Shown here one piece after another: positions 52,101 to 61,151 of a stretch of DNA of 64,000 bases; position 1 is the first letter of the stretch, and every line of letters begins with the position of its first letter. The DNA comes from Minisyncoccota bacterium (lineage in GTDB: Bacteria > Patescibacteriota > Minisyncoccia > UBA6257 > XYB1-36-10), in the NCBI GenBank assembly GCA_041651415.1, contig JBAZJH010000001.1, positions 11,374 through 75,373 of the forward strand. Reading direction: 5' to 3'. The notes under the pieces were generated by a model that was not told the DNA's origin, made no database searches, and saw nothing but the letters and a program-made list of their open reading frames with translations. The position numbers and the translations under genes are program-made.

Positions 52101-52503
52101 CCTGAATGTACCAAAATGGGCTTTGATAATTGATGGAAGTTGTATATCCTCCATATATTCCAATAGATCCCCAATTAAAACTTGTGCTACTTTGAATGCT
52201 TAAAAAGGAAGCTCCGCTTCCTAAAAAAGGCATATTACTGTAAACACAGTGGAAAAATCCAAGAGACGGGCTTTCCCAAAAATTACTAGCTTGGTTATAG
52301 CTAACAATCACATGGTTCAACCCTGGCTGGTCGGATTTTCTTAGTACAAGAGTCGTGACTAAAGTAGCATCTCCGATTATCTCAAGCGAAATGCTTGAGT
52401 CCTTTAGCGTAGTGCCTGAACTTACGGTTAAAGCACTTGTTTCTGACGACATAAACGACATAAAAACGAAAACGACGGCGAGAAATACGTGGAACTTTTT
52501 CAT
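49108..52503 (-). CDS. Large secreted Pro/Thr-repeat surface protein with Ig/cadherin-like domains
   Basis: Start MKKFHVF after AAGGAG; signal peptide; four PT-rich linkers; 'EGELLSF.V...D.D.D...FSWTP...G.Y...ATD'. Confidence 0.85.
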   Translation of the reverse strand: MKKFHVFLAVVFVFMSFMSSETSALTVSSGTTLKDSSISLEIIGDATLVTTLVLRKSDQPGLNHVIVSYNQASNFWESPSLGFFHCVYSNMPFLGSGASFLSIQSSTSFNWGSIGIYGGYTTSINYQSPFWYIQEFSFLKSGTGNLYIRNLKVDGVSRDAGEFNSPSTPTATPIPPTATPILPPTPTATNTPVGVPTNTPVGIPTNTPVPLVPTNTPVPVMPTSTNTPLPANIAPSITIEGGIVNYDLEEGEVLVLTILLEDKNPGDSVNLNFAGVPVDVMVFGAWKVVITVDTSKIGSGNFILQLSATDGNLTTYKDVNLYVFPKILPTATSVPVPTNTSVPLAPTNTPAPVQPQPTNTFTPTATSVPAQPVPGNHSPVVHINDMTINEGELLSFVVQVTDEDSDWFFLSAVQYPTGSSFETPAGRFSWTPTFEQSGKYVLKIIATDEHGAKSEDRNIVITVLDAVPPTKTPILPPTATPTETKTPVPPTQTPVVVYVYLTPLPASTLTPTETNVPPTVVPTNTPVPPTETSVPPTATPTATKTPVPPTATKTATKVPPTATRIPTAIPTPKPWSGIVSVLDEIGGNSLSSAIDVDSGESGILGLSVSDYLNPMVSEFHVYLFQDKISKGYMGKTSATGLFQQNLEYGHEYSFRVFAILKKGDYPSKNSSSVYLLKEGETVLMKGGSEIGLAWTLTPGKTDHHIYISEDGKNYFYLGRTGSGDVNGFVWRPNGLLTNPNYISGPQAGKYYYFRLAEIKTGSRATWRILDRVSTGSTPALPTATNTLAPPTKTPMPPTATKVPPTATPTATRTATSLPSTATPKPTKTPVPLIATSTPMVPTATPTPTRTATPIPPTPSPTMIPWNDRAPWWNYFPTEAMTKWFRAGGWSNYPVWLAENSQVNWWYKSEAADPDGYVVLSADGSPENYPALFQYYFFVHTEVKPFIVIGMYTENSEGVNTAVLPIAGYRDKRGVMQWLAPASLPMPAIDSVGGLIGHFVTFDLREIYKIIPPEDIGKEQFVTDGIHFFVQGKNGASPMLLIDYVGLLSFDEINMDVWSGHRAALLDMFAKLPAAKSSSRNSLIKEVSPTEEEIIPEVNYFLPSFESLEKLSKIEGTEMNIINSSGYPFYEE

Positions 52504-52553
52504 GACATTTCTCCTTATAGGAATATTTTTTGTTTTAAATGTTGCTAGGCATA

Positions 52554-52668
52554 TTATATACAATAATATAAGCATTGTCAATAAAACAGACAAAAATGTA
52601 AGTTTTGTCAATAAAATTAGGGAAGGAAGAACTTGCTATTGACATTTTTTTATTATTTGATTATAATA
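52554..52668. promoter_or_regulatory. Divergent consensus sigma70 promoters
   Basis: TTGACA-N17-TATAAT on both strands; ttgtcaataaaa repeated twice. Confidence 0.75.
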
Positions 52669-52721
52669 TGGTAAATTATTAAAAGGAGTCAAAAAAAGCT
52701 CCAAGCGAAAAAAATAAAATT

Positions 52722-54497
52722 ATGATTAATAAAGCGTCAAAATTAGTTTTAACAACCCTAGCTTTAGGAGTTTTTTTGGGTGTTTTACCGGTTCAAGCGG
52801 CAGTGGTTATTATTCCTGCTACCGGAGGGCAAAATTTGTCGGAAGGTTCCGGGTTTGTTAACTTAACCAATATTATAATTAGACAATCAGCAGGAGGGGA
52901 GATAGGAATAGGAAATCATATTTTTTCTTTACCGACTGGATGGGAATTTGATACTAGTAACACAATCTTTATTAATACTACTAGTGGAGAAGCGGTAGTT
53001 TCTCCAATTTCCTTAAAACCTGGGGTTTCTTCTTTTTCCTTTTCATTGGAATCACCAATAGTAAATGCTGGAGAAGAATTATCTGTTTTATCCATGAGAG
53101 TGCGTCCGACAGGAACAGCGGGAGGAAACATAACACATTCCGGAGCGGCGATTGCCGGCGTTACAAATGGAGTCACTTCTTTTGGAACATTGTCAGTTGC
53201 AGGCGGAAGCACGCCGACAACTCCTTCTACCGGCGGTTATGATTCTTTTTATTCAGGTGGAGCTTTGCGACCGACCGCTCCTTCCGATATTTCTATAAAA
53301 ATAAATTCGGGAGCAACTTCAACGGATAAAAGGAGCGTAGTTTTGAATTTAGGAGCTTCAAATGCCGGAGACATGATCATTGCAAACGATATTTCAAATT
53401 TTGATTATTATGCTCTTGAGCCGTTTTGCGAAACAAAGAATTGGACTTTGTCCAGCGGAAATGGAACTAAAACCGTTTATATTAAATTCAGAAGCGCAAC
53501 CGGAGTTTATTCCGACACTATTTCAGCGAGCATAAACTTGCAAGAAACAGAACAGGTAAAGGAAGAAGTGAAAACAGCCACGGTTTCTACTCCGGCGGTT
53601 ACCTATAAAGCTACCGATTTGAATAAAGACGGAGTGGTTGACCAAAAAGATTTAAATTTACTTTTTGCCAACTGGTTTAACGCTAATAAAATCTCTGATG
53701 TAAACGGAGACGGCAAAGTTGATATCTCTGATTTTAATGCCGTTTTAGCCGATTGGACCAATACTTCAGTTCCAGCTAAAGCGACAGAAACAAAAGATGC
53801 AATGTTTTCTTTCTCTCCTTCTTTAGTGCAAGTTAAAGACGGGGAAAGAGTTTCCGTTTTAGTAAAAGTGAGACCGATTTCCAACGCTATTTATACGGCT
53901 CGCTTGGTTCTTAACTATCCTTCCGATTTATTGAATTATGAATCAACTGTTTACTCAAATGGATGGATTCCTCTTATTCTTGGAGAAAAGAGCAGTCTCG
54001 TGGACAGCGCGAGCGGTTTAGTGGTTAAAACAGCCGGATATCCGGGAGGAGTGCCGATGGAAGGAACTGATTTTGCCATTATAAATTTTGTGGCTAAGAA
54101 ATCAGGTTCCGGAACGATATCTTCGAATTCCGGTTCAGTGGCAATGGATAAAAAAGGATTTGATAAATACAGCGGAAACTTGAGCCAGACAAATCTTTTG
54201 GTCCATGGAAATCCGGTAAGCGCGCAAGTTATCGCTTCCACCAAAGATGTTACACAGACGGAAACAACGCAAGTTGTTGAAAATCAAAATAATGAAACAA
54301 AAAAGGATACCAGAAAATCACTTTTGGCCGGAATCTTAGGATTTCTGACGTCAGTGCCGGGATATCACTTGCTTTTCTTTGTTTTGATTCTAATCTGCTA
54401 TTTCCTTTATAAAAAGTATTTTTCTTCTCTGAATGAAGAGGAAGCAGAAAGCCAATTTGCAGCCATAATAGAAAGAGAAAGAGAAGACGATAAATAA
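52722..54497 (+). CDS. Surface protein with dockerin and cohesin domains and C-terminal TM anchor
   Basis: DLNKDGVVDQKD / DVNGDGKVDISD duplicated Ca-loop; 'FSPS...V.V.V....LNYPSDLL' cohesin-like region. Confidence 0.8.
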   Translation: MINKASKLVLTTLALGVFLGVLPVQAAVVIIPATGGQNLSEGSGFVNLTNIIIRQSAGGEIGIGNHIFSLPTGWEFDTSNTIFINTTSGEAVVSPISLKPGVSSFSFSLESPIVNAGEELSVLSMRVRPTGTAGGNITHSGAAIAGVTNGVTSFGTLSVAGGSTPTTPSTGGYDSFYSGGALRPTAPSDISIKINSGATSTDKRSVVLNLGASNAGDMIIANDISNFDYYALEPFCETKNWTLSSGNGTKTVYIKFRSATGVYSDTISASINLQETEQVKEEVKTATVSTPAVTYKATDLNKDGVVDQKDLNLLFANWFNANKISDVNGDGKVDISDFNAVLADWTNTSVPAKATETKDAMFSFSPSLVQVKDGERVSVLVKVRPISNAIYTARLVLNYPSDLLNYESTVYSNGWIPLILGEKSSLVDSASGLVVKTAGYPGGVPMEGTDFAIINFVAKKSGSGTISSNSGSVAMDKKGFDKYSGNLSQTNLLVHGNPVSAQVIASTKDVTQTETTQVVENQNNETKKDTRKSLLAGILGFLTSVPGYHLLFFVLILICYFLYKKYFSSLNEEEAESQFAAIIEREREDDK

Positions 54498-54610
54498 GGA
54501 AGAGAAGAGTGCTCTCCTTATGGTGAAACAAAACTCCCCCGATTATCTGCCTCCGCTATCCGCCAACTGGCGGAGGCGGATGGCGGACGGGGGTGTTTTG
54601 TTTTTATCCG

Positions 54611-55642
54611 TTATTGATTATTGAAAAAATTCGGTTTATGAATATAACTTTCGATTTTATTGATGATTTTATCCATAAAATAAACCGCTTTTTCCGGATA
54701 ATCTCCCATGGCACTTTCGTCGGAAAGCATTACAGCATCGGCTCGATCAAATACGGCTGAAGCGACATCGTTGACTTCTGCTCTGGTCGGATTCGGATGA
54801 TTAATCATGGAAGTCATCATTTGCGTGGCAACAATAACCGGCTTCTTGTGCCAATGAGCTTGGCGAATAAGATATTTTTGGATTATCGGAACATCTTCCA
54901 TTGGTATTTCTATTCCCAAATCTCCACGAGCCACCATTATTCCGTCGCTTTCTTTAATGATATTATCGATATTGTCCAAAGCTATCGCTCTTTCTATTTT
55001 GGCAATTATTTTTGTCTTTTTTTCGCTGATTATCTTTCTTAATTTTTTAATGTCTTCCGCTCCTTGCACAAAAGAAAGAGCAATGTAGTTGATGTTGTGT
55101 TTTAAAGCAAATTTAGCGTCTCTAATATCTTTAGTCGTTAGTCCTCCCTTCGAAAGACTGGTCTTTGGAATATTTATTCCTTTATGGGAAAAAACAATGC
55201 CGCCAATAATGGCTTTGGCGAAAATCGATTGTCCTTTTATTTTTATAACCTCAAGTTTTATTTCTCCGCCGGTAATAAAAAGGGGATCGCCTTCTTTTAT
55301 GTCTATATGAAGATAGGGATTATCTATGTCAATAATTGATTTTTTGGGATCGGTTTTTTTTCTAAAAGCAAACTCGTAAACCTTTCCTTCTTTTATTTCC
55401 ATCCCGTCTTTTGGAACAATTCCGAGACGTATTCTTGGCCCCTGTAAATCCTGCATTACTTTTACTTTTTTATTTAAATCTTTTGCTGCTTGGCGGACAA
55501 TTTTCAATCCTTCTAAAAATTCTTTTTCGGTTGCGTGGGAAAAATTGAATCGAAAAATTTCCGCGCCGTTTTTTATGAAAGAATGAATGGTTTTATAATT
55601 ACGGGATTTTGGCCCGATTGAAGCGATAATTTTTGTTTTCAT
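54611..55642 (-). CDS. pyk: Pyruvate kinase lacking C-terminal regulatory domain
   Basis: TKIIASIGP, RFNFSH, DLQGP, AKIE, MVARGDLG, ATQMM, MLSDES. Confidence 0.95.
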   Translation of the reverse strand: MKTKIIASIGPKSRNYKTIHSFIKNGAEIFRFNFSHATEKEFLEGLKIVRQAAKDLNKKVKVMQDLQGPRIRLGIVPKDGMEIKEGKVYEFAFRKKTDPKKSIIDIDNPYLHIDIKEGDPLFITGGEIKLEVIKIKGQSIFAKAIIGGIVFSHKGINIPKTSLSKGGLTTKDIRDAKFALKHNINYIALSFVQGAEDIKKLRKIISEKKTKIIAKIERAIALDNIDNIIKESDGIMVARGDLGIEIPMEDVPIIQKYLIRQAHWHKKPVIVATQMMTSMINHPNPTRAEVNDVASAVFDRADAVMLSDESAMGDYPEKAVYFMDKIINKIESYIHKPNFFNNQ

Positions 55643-55761
55643 GGATTTATATCCTAACTAAAAAACATTATTAAGTCAAACATCCCGTTCTTTAAAGATA
55701 AAATGTTTGATTTTTATTTACTTTTTTTATATGATTTCAAAGTTGTTTGAAAATTTAATAT

Positions 55762-55836
<75 letters not shown>

Positions 55837-55983
55837 CGTAGTGAGAGGTTCAAGTGACCGAAAGGAGTTTTAGTATTCAAAGAGGTTTTGAAGGGATATA
55901 AGATAGGGGAGTATGTGGGGGTTTAAAATAAAAAAGCCCGAGAGGATTAGTCTCGGGCAGAGTTTTTGATTTACCAAATCAAT

Positions 55984-57102
55984 TTACCAGCTAATGCCTG
56001 CTTTTTGCAGAGCTTCAGCCATTTCATTATTACTGTTTGAATCAGAAGATAATTCATATGATCGATTTCCTTCTTTATCTTCTGACTCGTTTACTTTTGG
56101 GGGCGGCGCCATTTCAGGACGGTAGGCGATTGTTTGCCCGCCGTAATCCCGTTCATTTACGAATTGCTGGGCGATGTTTTCAGCCCAGCTGTTCGGAACG
56201 ATAACGAGCTTATAGCTGTCGCTCCCGCTTCCGCCGCCACGGCAGGTGGAACCAAGTTTTTCAACTTGGCCGGCATTGTCCCAGTCAATATAGAAGCTGG
56301 GCCAACGCTTGGCACCGCAACCGGGTGAATATTCATGAACGAGAACGACGCATCGTTCTCTGTTCACTTCTTCACCTTCTTTGATCGGTGCAATAACGAG
56401 TTCGTTGTGCATGTCTCGGCCAAAGCGGGCTGTTTCCAACGTGGTGTTGGACTCTGTGGCAAAACCATGTGCCATCTGCCCGCAACCATTTTGAGAACAA
56501 TTTCCGTCAGCGTCCAAGGTTATACCACTACTGGTATCATTCCCTGAAAGCTGAAAGAGGCGAAAGTTTCCGGGAAGCCAGGTGATGTTTTCCTCGGAGT
56601 GTGTGGGATCATTACGACGATCCCAGTCTTGCTTTTCCCAAGTTTGGGATTCTACTTCCACACCGTTCCAGGTATGGACTTCAACCTGATTGGTACGACG
56701 TCCGTAGGAATGGAAAGCCATGGATTGGCCTATGTCTAGCAGAGCAGCAACCGCAATGCCAGAGTTACAGGCGTTGCTGGCGCTGCATTCGGCTAATAAT
56801 TTTCCGGTGGTAGCTTCTTTGAGAATATCTACGCCTCCACGGAAACCACCGCTGGAGCTGACGAATAGAAGGCAACGATTGGTAGTATCTTCACCACCAA
56901 CCACCATGATTGTGCCCTTTTCCGCTTCTTTAAGAAGGCGGAAACTGTTTTCCGGTAAAAACCCGTTCTCTTGCGGAGTAACACCTTTCACTGGCAGGCA
57001 CGCTTCGTCTGTTTGGTTCCGGCCATATTGCATACTACATCGGTAGGCTGGAAAACCGTCGGTTGAAAATTGCCATTGAGAAGTTAAAGAAATATGTTTC
57101 AT
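55984..57102 (-). CDS. Orphan protein with two repeats of a Gly-rich beta domain
   Basis: Start MKHISL after AGGAGG; RCLLFV..GGFRG..YGRR and RCVVLV..RGGGSGS. Confidence 0.75.
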   Translation of the reverse strand: MKHISLTSQWQFSTDGFPAYRCSMQYGRNQTDEACLPVKGVTPQENGFLPENSFRLLKEAEKGTIMVVGGEDTTNRCLLFVSSSGGFRGGVDILKEATTGKLLAECSASNACNSGIAVAALLDIGQSMAFHSYGRRTNQVEVHTWNGVEVESQTWEKQDWDRRNDPTHSEENITWLPGNFRLFQLSGNDTSSGITLDADGNCSQNGCGQMAHGFATESNTTLETARFGRDMHNELVIAPIKEGEEVNRERCVVLVHEYSPGCGAKRWPSFYIDWDNAGQVEKLGSTCRGGGSGSDSYKLVIVPNSWAENIAQQFVNERDYGGQTIAYRPEMAPPPKVNESEDKEGNRSYELSSDSNSNNEMAEALQKAGISW

Positions 57103-57112
57103 GGCATCCCTC

Positions 57113-57808
57113 CTATAGGTATTCGCCAACGACTTCTTCCGAAGTTGCGGCGAAAATTTCATTACCACCGAACACGACTGTAACATTTTCACCGTCGTAG
57201 GTAAGAATGCCACGAGTTCCTTGTACTCGCCGACCGGAACGGCTGGCTATTAATTGCTGGCCTGGTTCCAAAATGGCAAGCATTTCAGCAGTTGAGCCAA
57301 GGTTGCCGCGTCCGGAGTGCCATGATTCATCGGTAGCGATGACTTTGACGCCTTCGTTTGCCGAAATACTGGCACTGCCTCGATAACCGGAAGACACACT
57401 CCATAAAATCAATGCGCGATTATCGTCCTCTTTTGGTGCGACAATCAAGTGCATGCCTTTTTCGGTTTTGATGATTCCGACATTCTTAATAACGGCGCTA
57501 CTTAAGATTTCGCCACTTTCCGGATGATAACGATAATAAAGGCCATCATCTAATTTCCATTCTCCATATTCTTTTCCGCAAGATTCACAAACATGATTTG
57601 CAGAACAAGTATCGGGAAGGGCAGAATGATCGCTTTTTCCTTGATGAGGGCAAGGTAAAAATTTTTTCTCAATTACCTTGTTCGCATCATGTTTTCCGAT
57701 TGGGATCCACGTGGCTCTTTTGTGACCGCCTTGCCCCATAATAATTCGGGGGTAGGGGGAGTCCATACTCACAGAGATTCCTTGATTACTTCCGTTGAAT
57801 ACTTTCAT
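57113..57808 (-). CDS. Orphan protein paralogous to its neighbour, with Cys/His insert
   Basis: Start MKVFNG after GGAGG; RALILW..SGYRG..SGRR; TTGACT-N17-TATAAT promoter at ~57935-57907. Confidence 0.75.
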   Translation of the reverse strand: MKVFNGSNQGISVSMDSPYPRIIMGQGGHKRATWIPIGKHDANKVIEKKFLPCPHQGKSDHSALPDTCSANHVCESCGKEYGEWKLDDGLYYRYHPESGEILSSAVIKNVGIIKTEKGMHLIVAPKEDDNRALILWSVSSGYRGSASISANEGVKVIATDESWHSGRGNLGSTAEMLAILEPGQQLIASRSGRRVQGTRGILTYDGENVTVVFGGNEIFAATSEEVVGEYL

Positions 57809-58285
57809 TGTTTCCTCCACTTTTTCGTGCCCGTGAGGTTTGGATTTGGCATATAGCCACCTCGGGGGCGGGAAATTTCAGTAAATATATTTTAGGGTAC
57901 TGTCTTAATTATAGCATAATTAATATAAATAGTCAAGTTTTTCTGATGTGCTAGGGAGTGTAGTATTTGTGGCATTTTGACTCTAAAATAGGGTTATTAA
58001 AAGTGACCGAGGGGCGTCGAGAAAGGTTTCTAAAATCTCTTAAAAAACCTTTAATGGTCTAGACTAGAAAGGTTCTTGAGCGTGGTGGGGAGCCAAGTTT
58101 ACAAAAGCTGACAGATAGTAATTTAAAGCAAGACAATTTTAAGAGGAGAAAAAAGCCAAGTTATAAAACATTAGGATTAAAATGGTTGATAAGAGTTTAC
58201 GGAATCAAAGACAAAAATCGCCAATCTGGCGATTTCTTGGTATAATAAAAGAGTATAAATAATTTAAATATAATGATTATTATTT

Positions 58286-58765
58286 ATGAAAACTAACAAT
58301 ACTTTAAAACTCATCATTGCTATCATTGTTTCCGAGCTTGCCGGCATTATTGGTTCGGTCTTCACCACTCCTTCCATTGCCGGCTGGTATGCCGGTATCG
58401 TCAAACCGGCTCTTAATCCGCCGTCATGGGTCTTCGGTCCGGTTTGGACGACGCTGTTTGCCTTTATGGGCATCGCGGCGTTTTTAGTTTGGAAGAAGGG
58501 ATTGAATCGTAAAGACGTGAAAATCGCACTCGGCATATTTCTTGGCCAGCTGGTCTTGAATACTTTTTGGTCAATAATCTTTTTCGGTTTGCATTCTCCG
58601 GGCGGCGCATTTATTGAAATCATATTCCTCTGGCTGGCTATTTTTGCCACGATCATCGCCTTTGTAAAAATTTCCAAACCAGCCGCTTGGTTGTTGATAC
58701 CATATATTCTTTGGGTTAGCTTCGCCAGTTATCTGAATTTTATGATCTGGATATCAAATTTATGA
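58286..58765 (+). CDS. tspO: TspO/MBR family protein
   Basis: WY..KP.LNPP.WVFGPVWT.L, LN..WS.IFFG, L.PY..W..FA..LN. Confidence 0.95.
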   Translation: MKTNNTLKLIIAIIVSELAGIIGSVFTTPSIAGWYAGIVKPALNPPSWVFGPVWTTLFAFMGIAAFLVWKKGLNRKDVKIALGIFLGQLVLNTFWSIIFFGLHSPGGAFIEIIFLWLAIFATIIAFVKISKPAAWLLIPYILWVSFASYLNFMIWISNL

Positions 58766-59280
58766 GTAAGAGGGTTATCAAGGTCAATGACCGGATGCAA
58801 AAAAAATACCGATACGAACTCACCGAGCCGGTCGGTAAAAATTTCCATCCTGATTTTAAACCCGAACTAACACCAAAACAAATGCTTGCGCTCGGTGTTT
58901 TCGGTGGCGTATATATGCGTGATTGCATGAAGGAATTTCCAAAGGACTGGTTCGTCAAAGCCAAATTTCAAAAGAAGGGGGTCTATGCGCATGATCCCGG
59001 CATTAACTTTTTTAAGGTAAACGCCAGTCAGCCGCTTTCCGTCTGGCGCAAGAAAGGCTGGATTTACAGGGATGACCCGCGCGGATGGTTTCAATGGTAT
59101 TGCCGCTACTATATGGGGAGGCGGTTATCCGGCGAAGACGAACGGCAAATCAAACGTTGGAAAGCCATACGGCGACACATATCGCAGATAAAAAAGAATT
59201 GCCAACTGAGAAACTTAACCTGTCGTCCGACGCAAAGGCAGGCTGTTCTGCACTGGGCATACGACAGTCGGAAAATGTGA
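58762..59280 (+). CDS. Conserved hypothetical protein
   Basis: F.PELTP.QML.LGVFGG.Y; DPRGWFQWYCRY..GRR..ERQIKRW. Confidence 0.8.
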   Translation: MSKRVIKVNDRMQKKYRYELTEPVGKNFHPDFKPELTPKQMLALGVFGGVYMRDCMKEFPKDWFVKAKFQKKGVYAHDPGINFFKVNASQPLSVWRKKGWIYRDDPRGWFQWYCRYYMGRRLSGEDERQIKRWKAIRRHISQIKKNCQLRNLTCRPTQRQAVLHWAYDSRKM

Positions 59281-59496
59281 AGAATGTAAGTTATTAGACT
59301 GAGCGAGATTTTTACTCAGTCCAATCGAACGGCTATTCGTGACGGAGCATTTTGACGGCCGCGTCCATTTCGTAGGAGTGCCAGCCGTTTATGATTACGG
59401 TTCGAAGTTTACGCACGGCTCTGAGCGAGACAAAACAAAAACCACTCAAATCAAATGAGCGGTTTTTGTTTTGTCTGGTAAAAATTATTCGGGGAT

Positions 59497-60648
59497 TTAT
59501 CTTTCAGACCAGAGTTTCTTTTGAATAAGGTCGGCAATAGTTCCTAATGAAAGCAGGAATATCAGGAAGCCGATTATCCAGCCGATAAAGGGAATAATGA
59601 CTATTACGGCAAGGAGAATGGAGCCGATAATGATGTTTTTCCAAGTGACAACAGCTGTGCTTGATTTATAAACTAACTGACTAATCCAAGCTCCAAAGAT
59701 GATATTAGTGTAAATGCAGGAAATAAAGAGAAGGAGAACGTAAGAGAGAAGAGCTAAAAGTCCGAGCGGGATGCCGAGAACGGTTATAAATAACAGAATA
59801 AAGGCGGCAGGGATGACTATGAGAGCAACAAATCCTTTACCGATTAAACGGAGCGGGTTTTGAGTGGCGTTTTTGGATACAGAATTAGAAAATTCTTTAA
59901 ATAATAAGAATAAAATAAGAGCAGATATTATGAAAGCGAGAAGCTTATAAATAGTGAAAATGCCAATAAAGGCAAAGAAAAAGCTTTTAGCTTTTTGAGC
60001 ATCCACTTTAGGGAGAGCGATTTCGGTGAAAGTGGTTTTGCCGGAGATAACGGCGCCTTCTTCAATTTTTAAAGATTCAGCGGAAGAGGCGCTATATTCC
60101 AGATTGCCATCAATGACGGCGTTCTCGCCGATGGTTATTTTTTCGTCTGCTTTAACGACGACATTGCCTTTGATGTGTCCGTTGATATTGATGACTCCGC
60201 CGGCAATTTTAGCATTGCCGCCAATATTGCCATTAACAGCGACAAGTCCGCCGGCAGAAACGAGGTCTCCTGCAACCGAAGTTCCGGAAGAGACATTGAC
60301 TGAACCGCCGATAACAATAAGTTCGCCACCGACATTGTTAGAGATTAAAACATTACCGCCAACGATGCGGGTGTCGTCGCCGGAGCTTCCGAGAACAGAG
60401 ATTGAACCGCCAAGGGCGTTGATGTCGTCAGAGATATTTTCAGAGATAATGACATTGCCTCCGGCGGTGAAAAGGTCGCCAGAGATGACGCTATCGATTG
60501 AGACATTGCCTCCAGCGGCGTAAAGATTATCCGCGATGGGGTTTTTAACAGAAACTTCTTCGCCGGCTTTTAAAGTGGCGCCAAAGGCGAGAGTTGGCGC
60601 AAGTATAGCGACGGATGTTAATAACGCAAAGAACTTGTTTATCTTCAT
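59497..60648 (-). CDS. Beta-helix (bactofilin-like) repeat membrane protein
   Basis: Signal peptide, repeated 'gD...aGG.v.i' units, C-terminal TM bundle. Confidence 0.85.
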   Translation of the reverse strand: MKINKFFALLTSVAILAPTLAFGATLKAGEEVSVKNPIADNLYAAGGNVSIDSVISGDLFTAGGNVIISENISDDINALGGSISVLGSSGDDTRIVGGNVLISNNVGGELIVIGGSVNVSSGTSVAGDLVSAGGLVAVNGNIGGNAKIAGGVININGHIKGNVVVKADEKITIGENAVIDGNLEYSASSAESLKIEEGAVISGKTTFTEIALPKVDAQKAKSFFFAFIGIFTIYKLLAFIISALILFLLFKEFSNSVSKNATQNPLRLIGKGFVALIVIPAAFILLFITVLGIPLGLLALLSYVLLLFISCIYTNIIFGAWISQLVYKSSTAVVTWKNIIIGSILLAVIVIIPFIGWIIGFLIFLLSLGTIADLIQKKLWSER

Positions 60649-60925
60649 GATTTATGAATATTTAATTTTAAAATAAAGCTTTCTTATAATGTTTAATAAT
60701 AATCTTTTTGTTGTTTCTTATCAATTATATTGTATTTTGCGGCAGAATTTTTAATTGCTTAATTTCGGTTTTTTTGATATAACGATGGTATATAAATGCG
60801 TCAAAAAATGGTTAGCGGGCTAGTGGCGGAATTTCTCTCTTTCAACTCCTTCCTTCTGTCACGCTCTCACTTGAGCTTCAATTTTTTGGAATTATTCCGT
60901 AATAGGATATATGATACAAACAAGT

Positions 60926-61150
60926 ATGAGTAAGTTAGTTTACTCAAAAGACTACAAAGCCATCATAGAATGCCTAAAAACGGCATGTATTGAGGCCGAT
61001 TTATCCCAACAGGTAAGAGTGGCCGATAAATTTGGTAAGCCACAGTTCTATATCTCAAAAATAGAATTCGGAGAAAGACGGCTTGATGTGGCTGAAATGA
61101 AAAAGTTTCCGGCTATTTATAAAAAGCCAGTTGATTTTTTTCTAAAATAA
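60926..61150 (+). CDS. XRE-family HTH regulator (possibly degenerate)
   Basis: LSQ..VADKFGKPQ.YISKIE.GERRLD. Confidence 0.75.
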   Translation: MSKLVYSKDYKAIIECLKTACIEADLSQQVRVADKFGKPQFYISKIEFGERRLDVAEMKKFPAIYKKPVDFFLK

Positions 61151-61151
61151 T

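Noticed and set aside
49900-52105. Val/Gly/Ala-rich + strand ORFs and tandem-like DNA repeats
   Set aside because: Reverse-frame shadows of the Pro/Thr linker codons
59290-59480. Possible tRNA fragment or att site (ggttcgaag) before a long hairpin
   Set aside because: No cloverleaf and no matching partner in the window; the hairpin is explained as a bidirectional terminator
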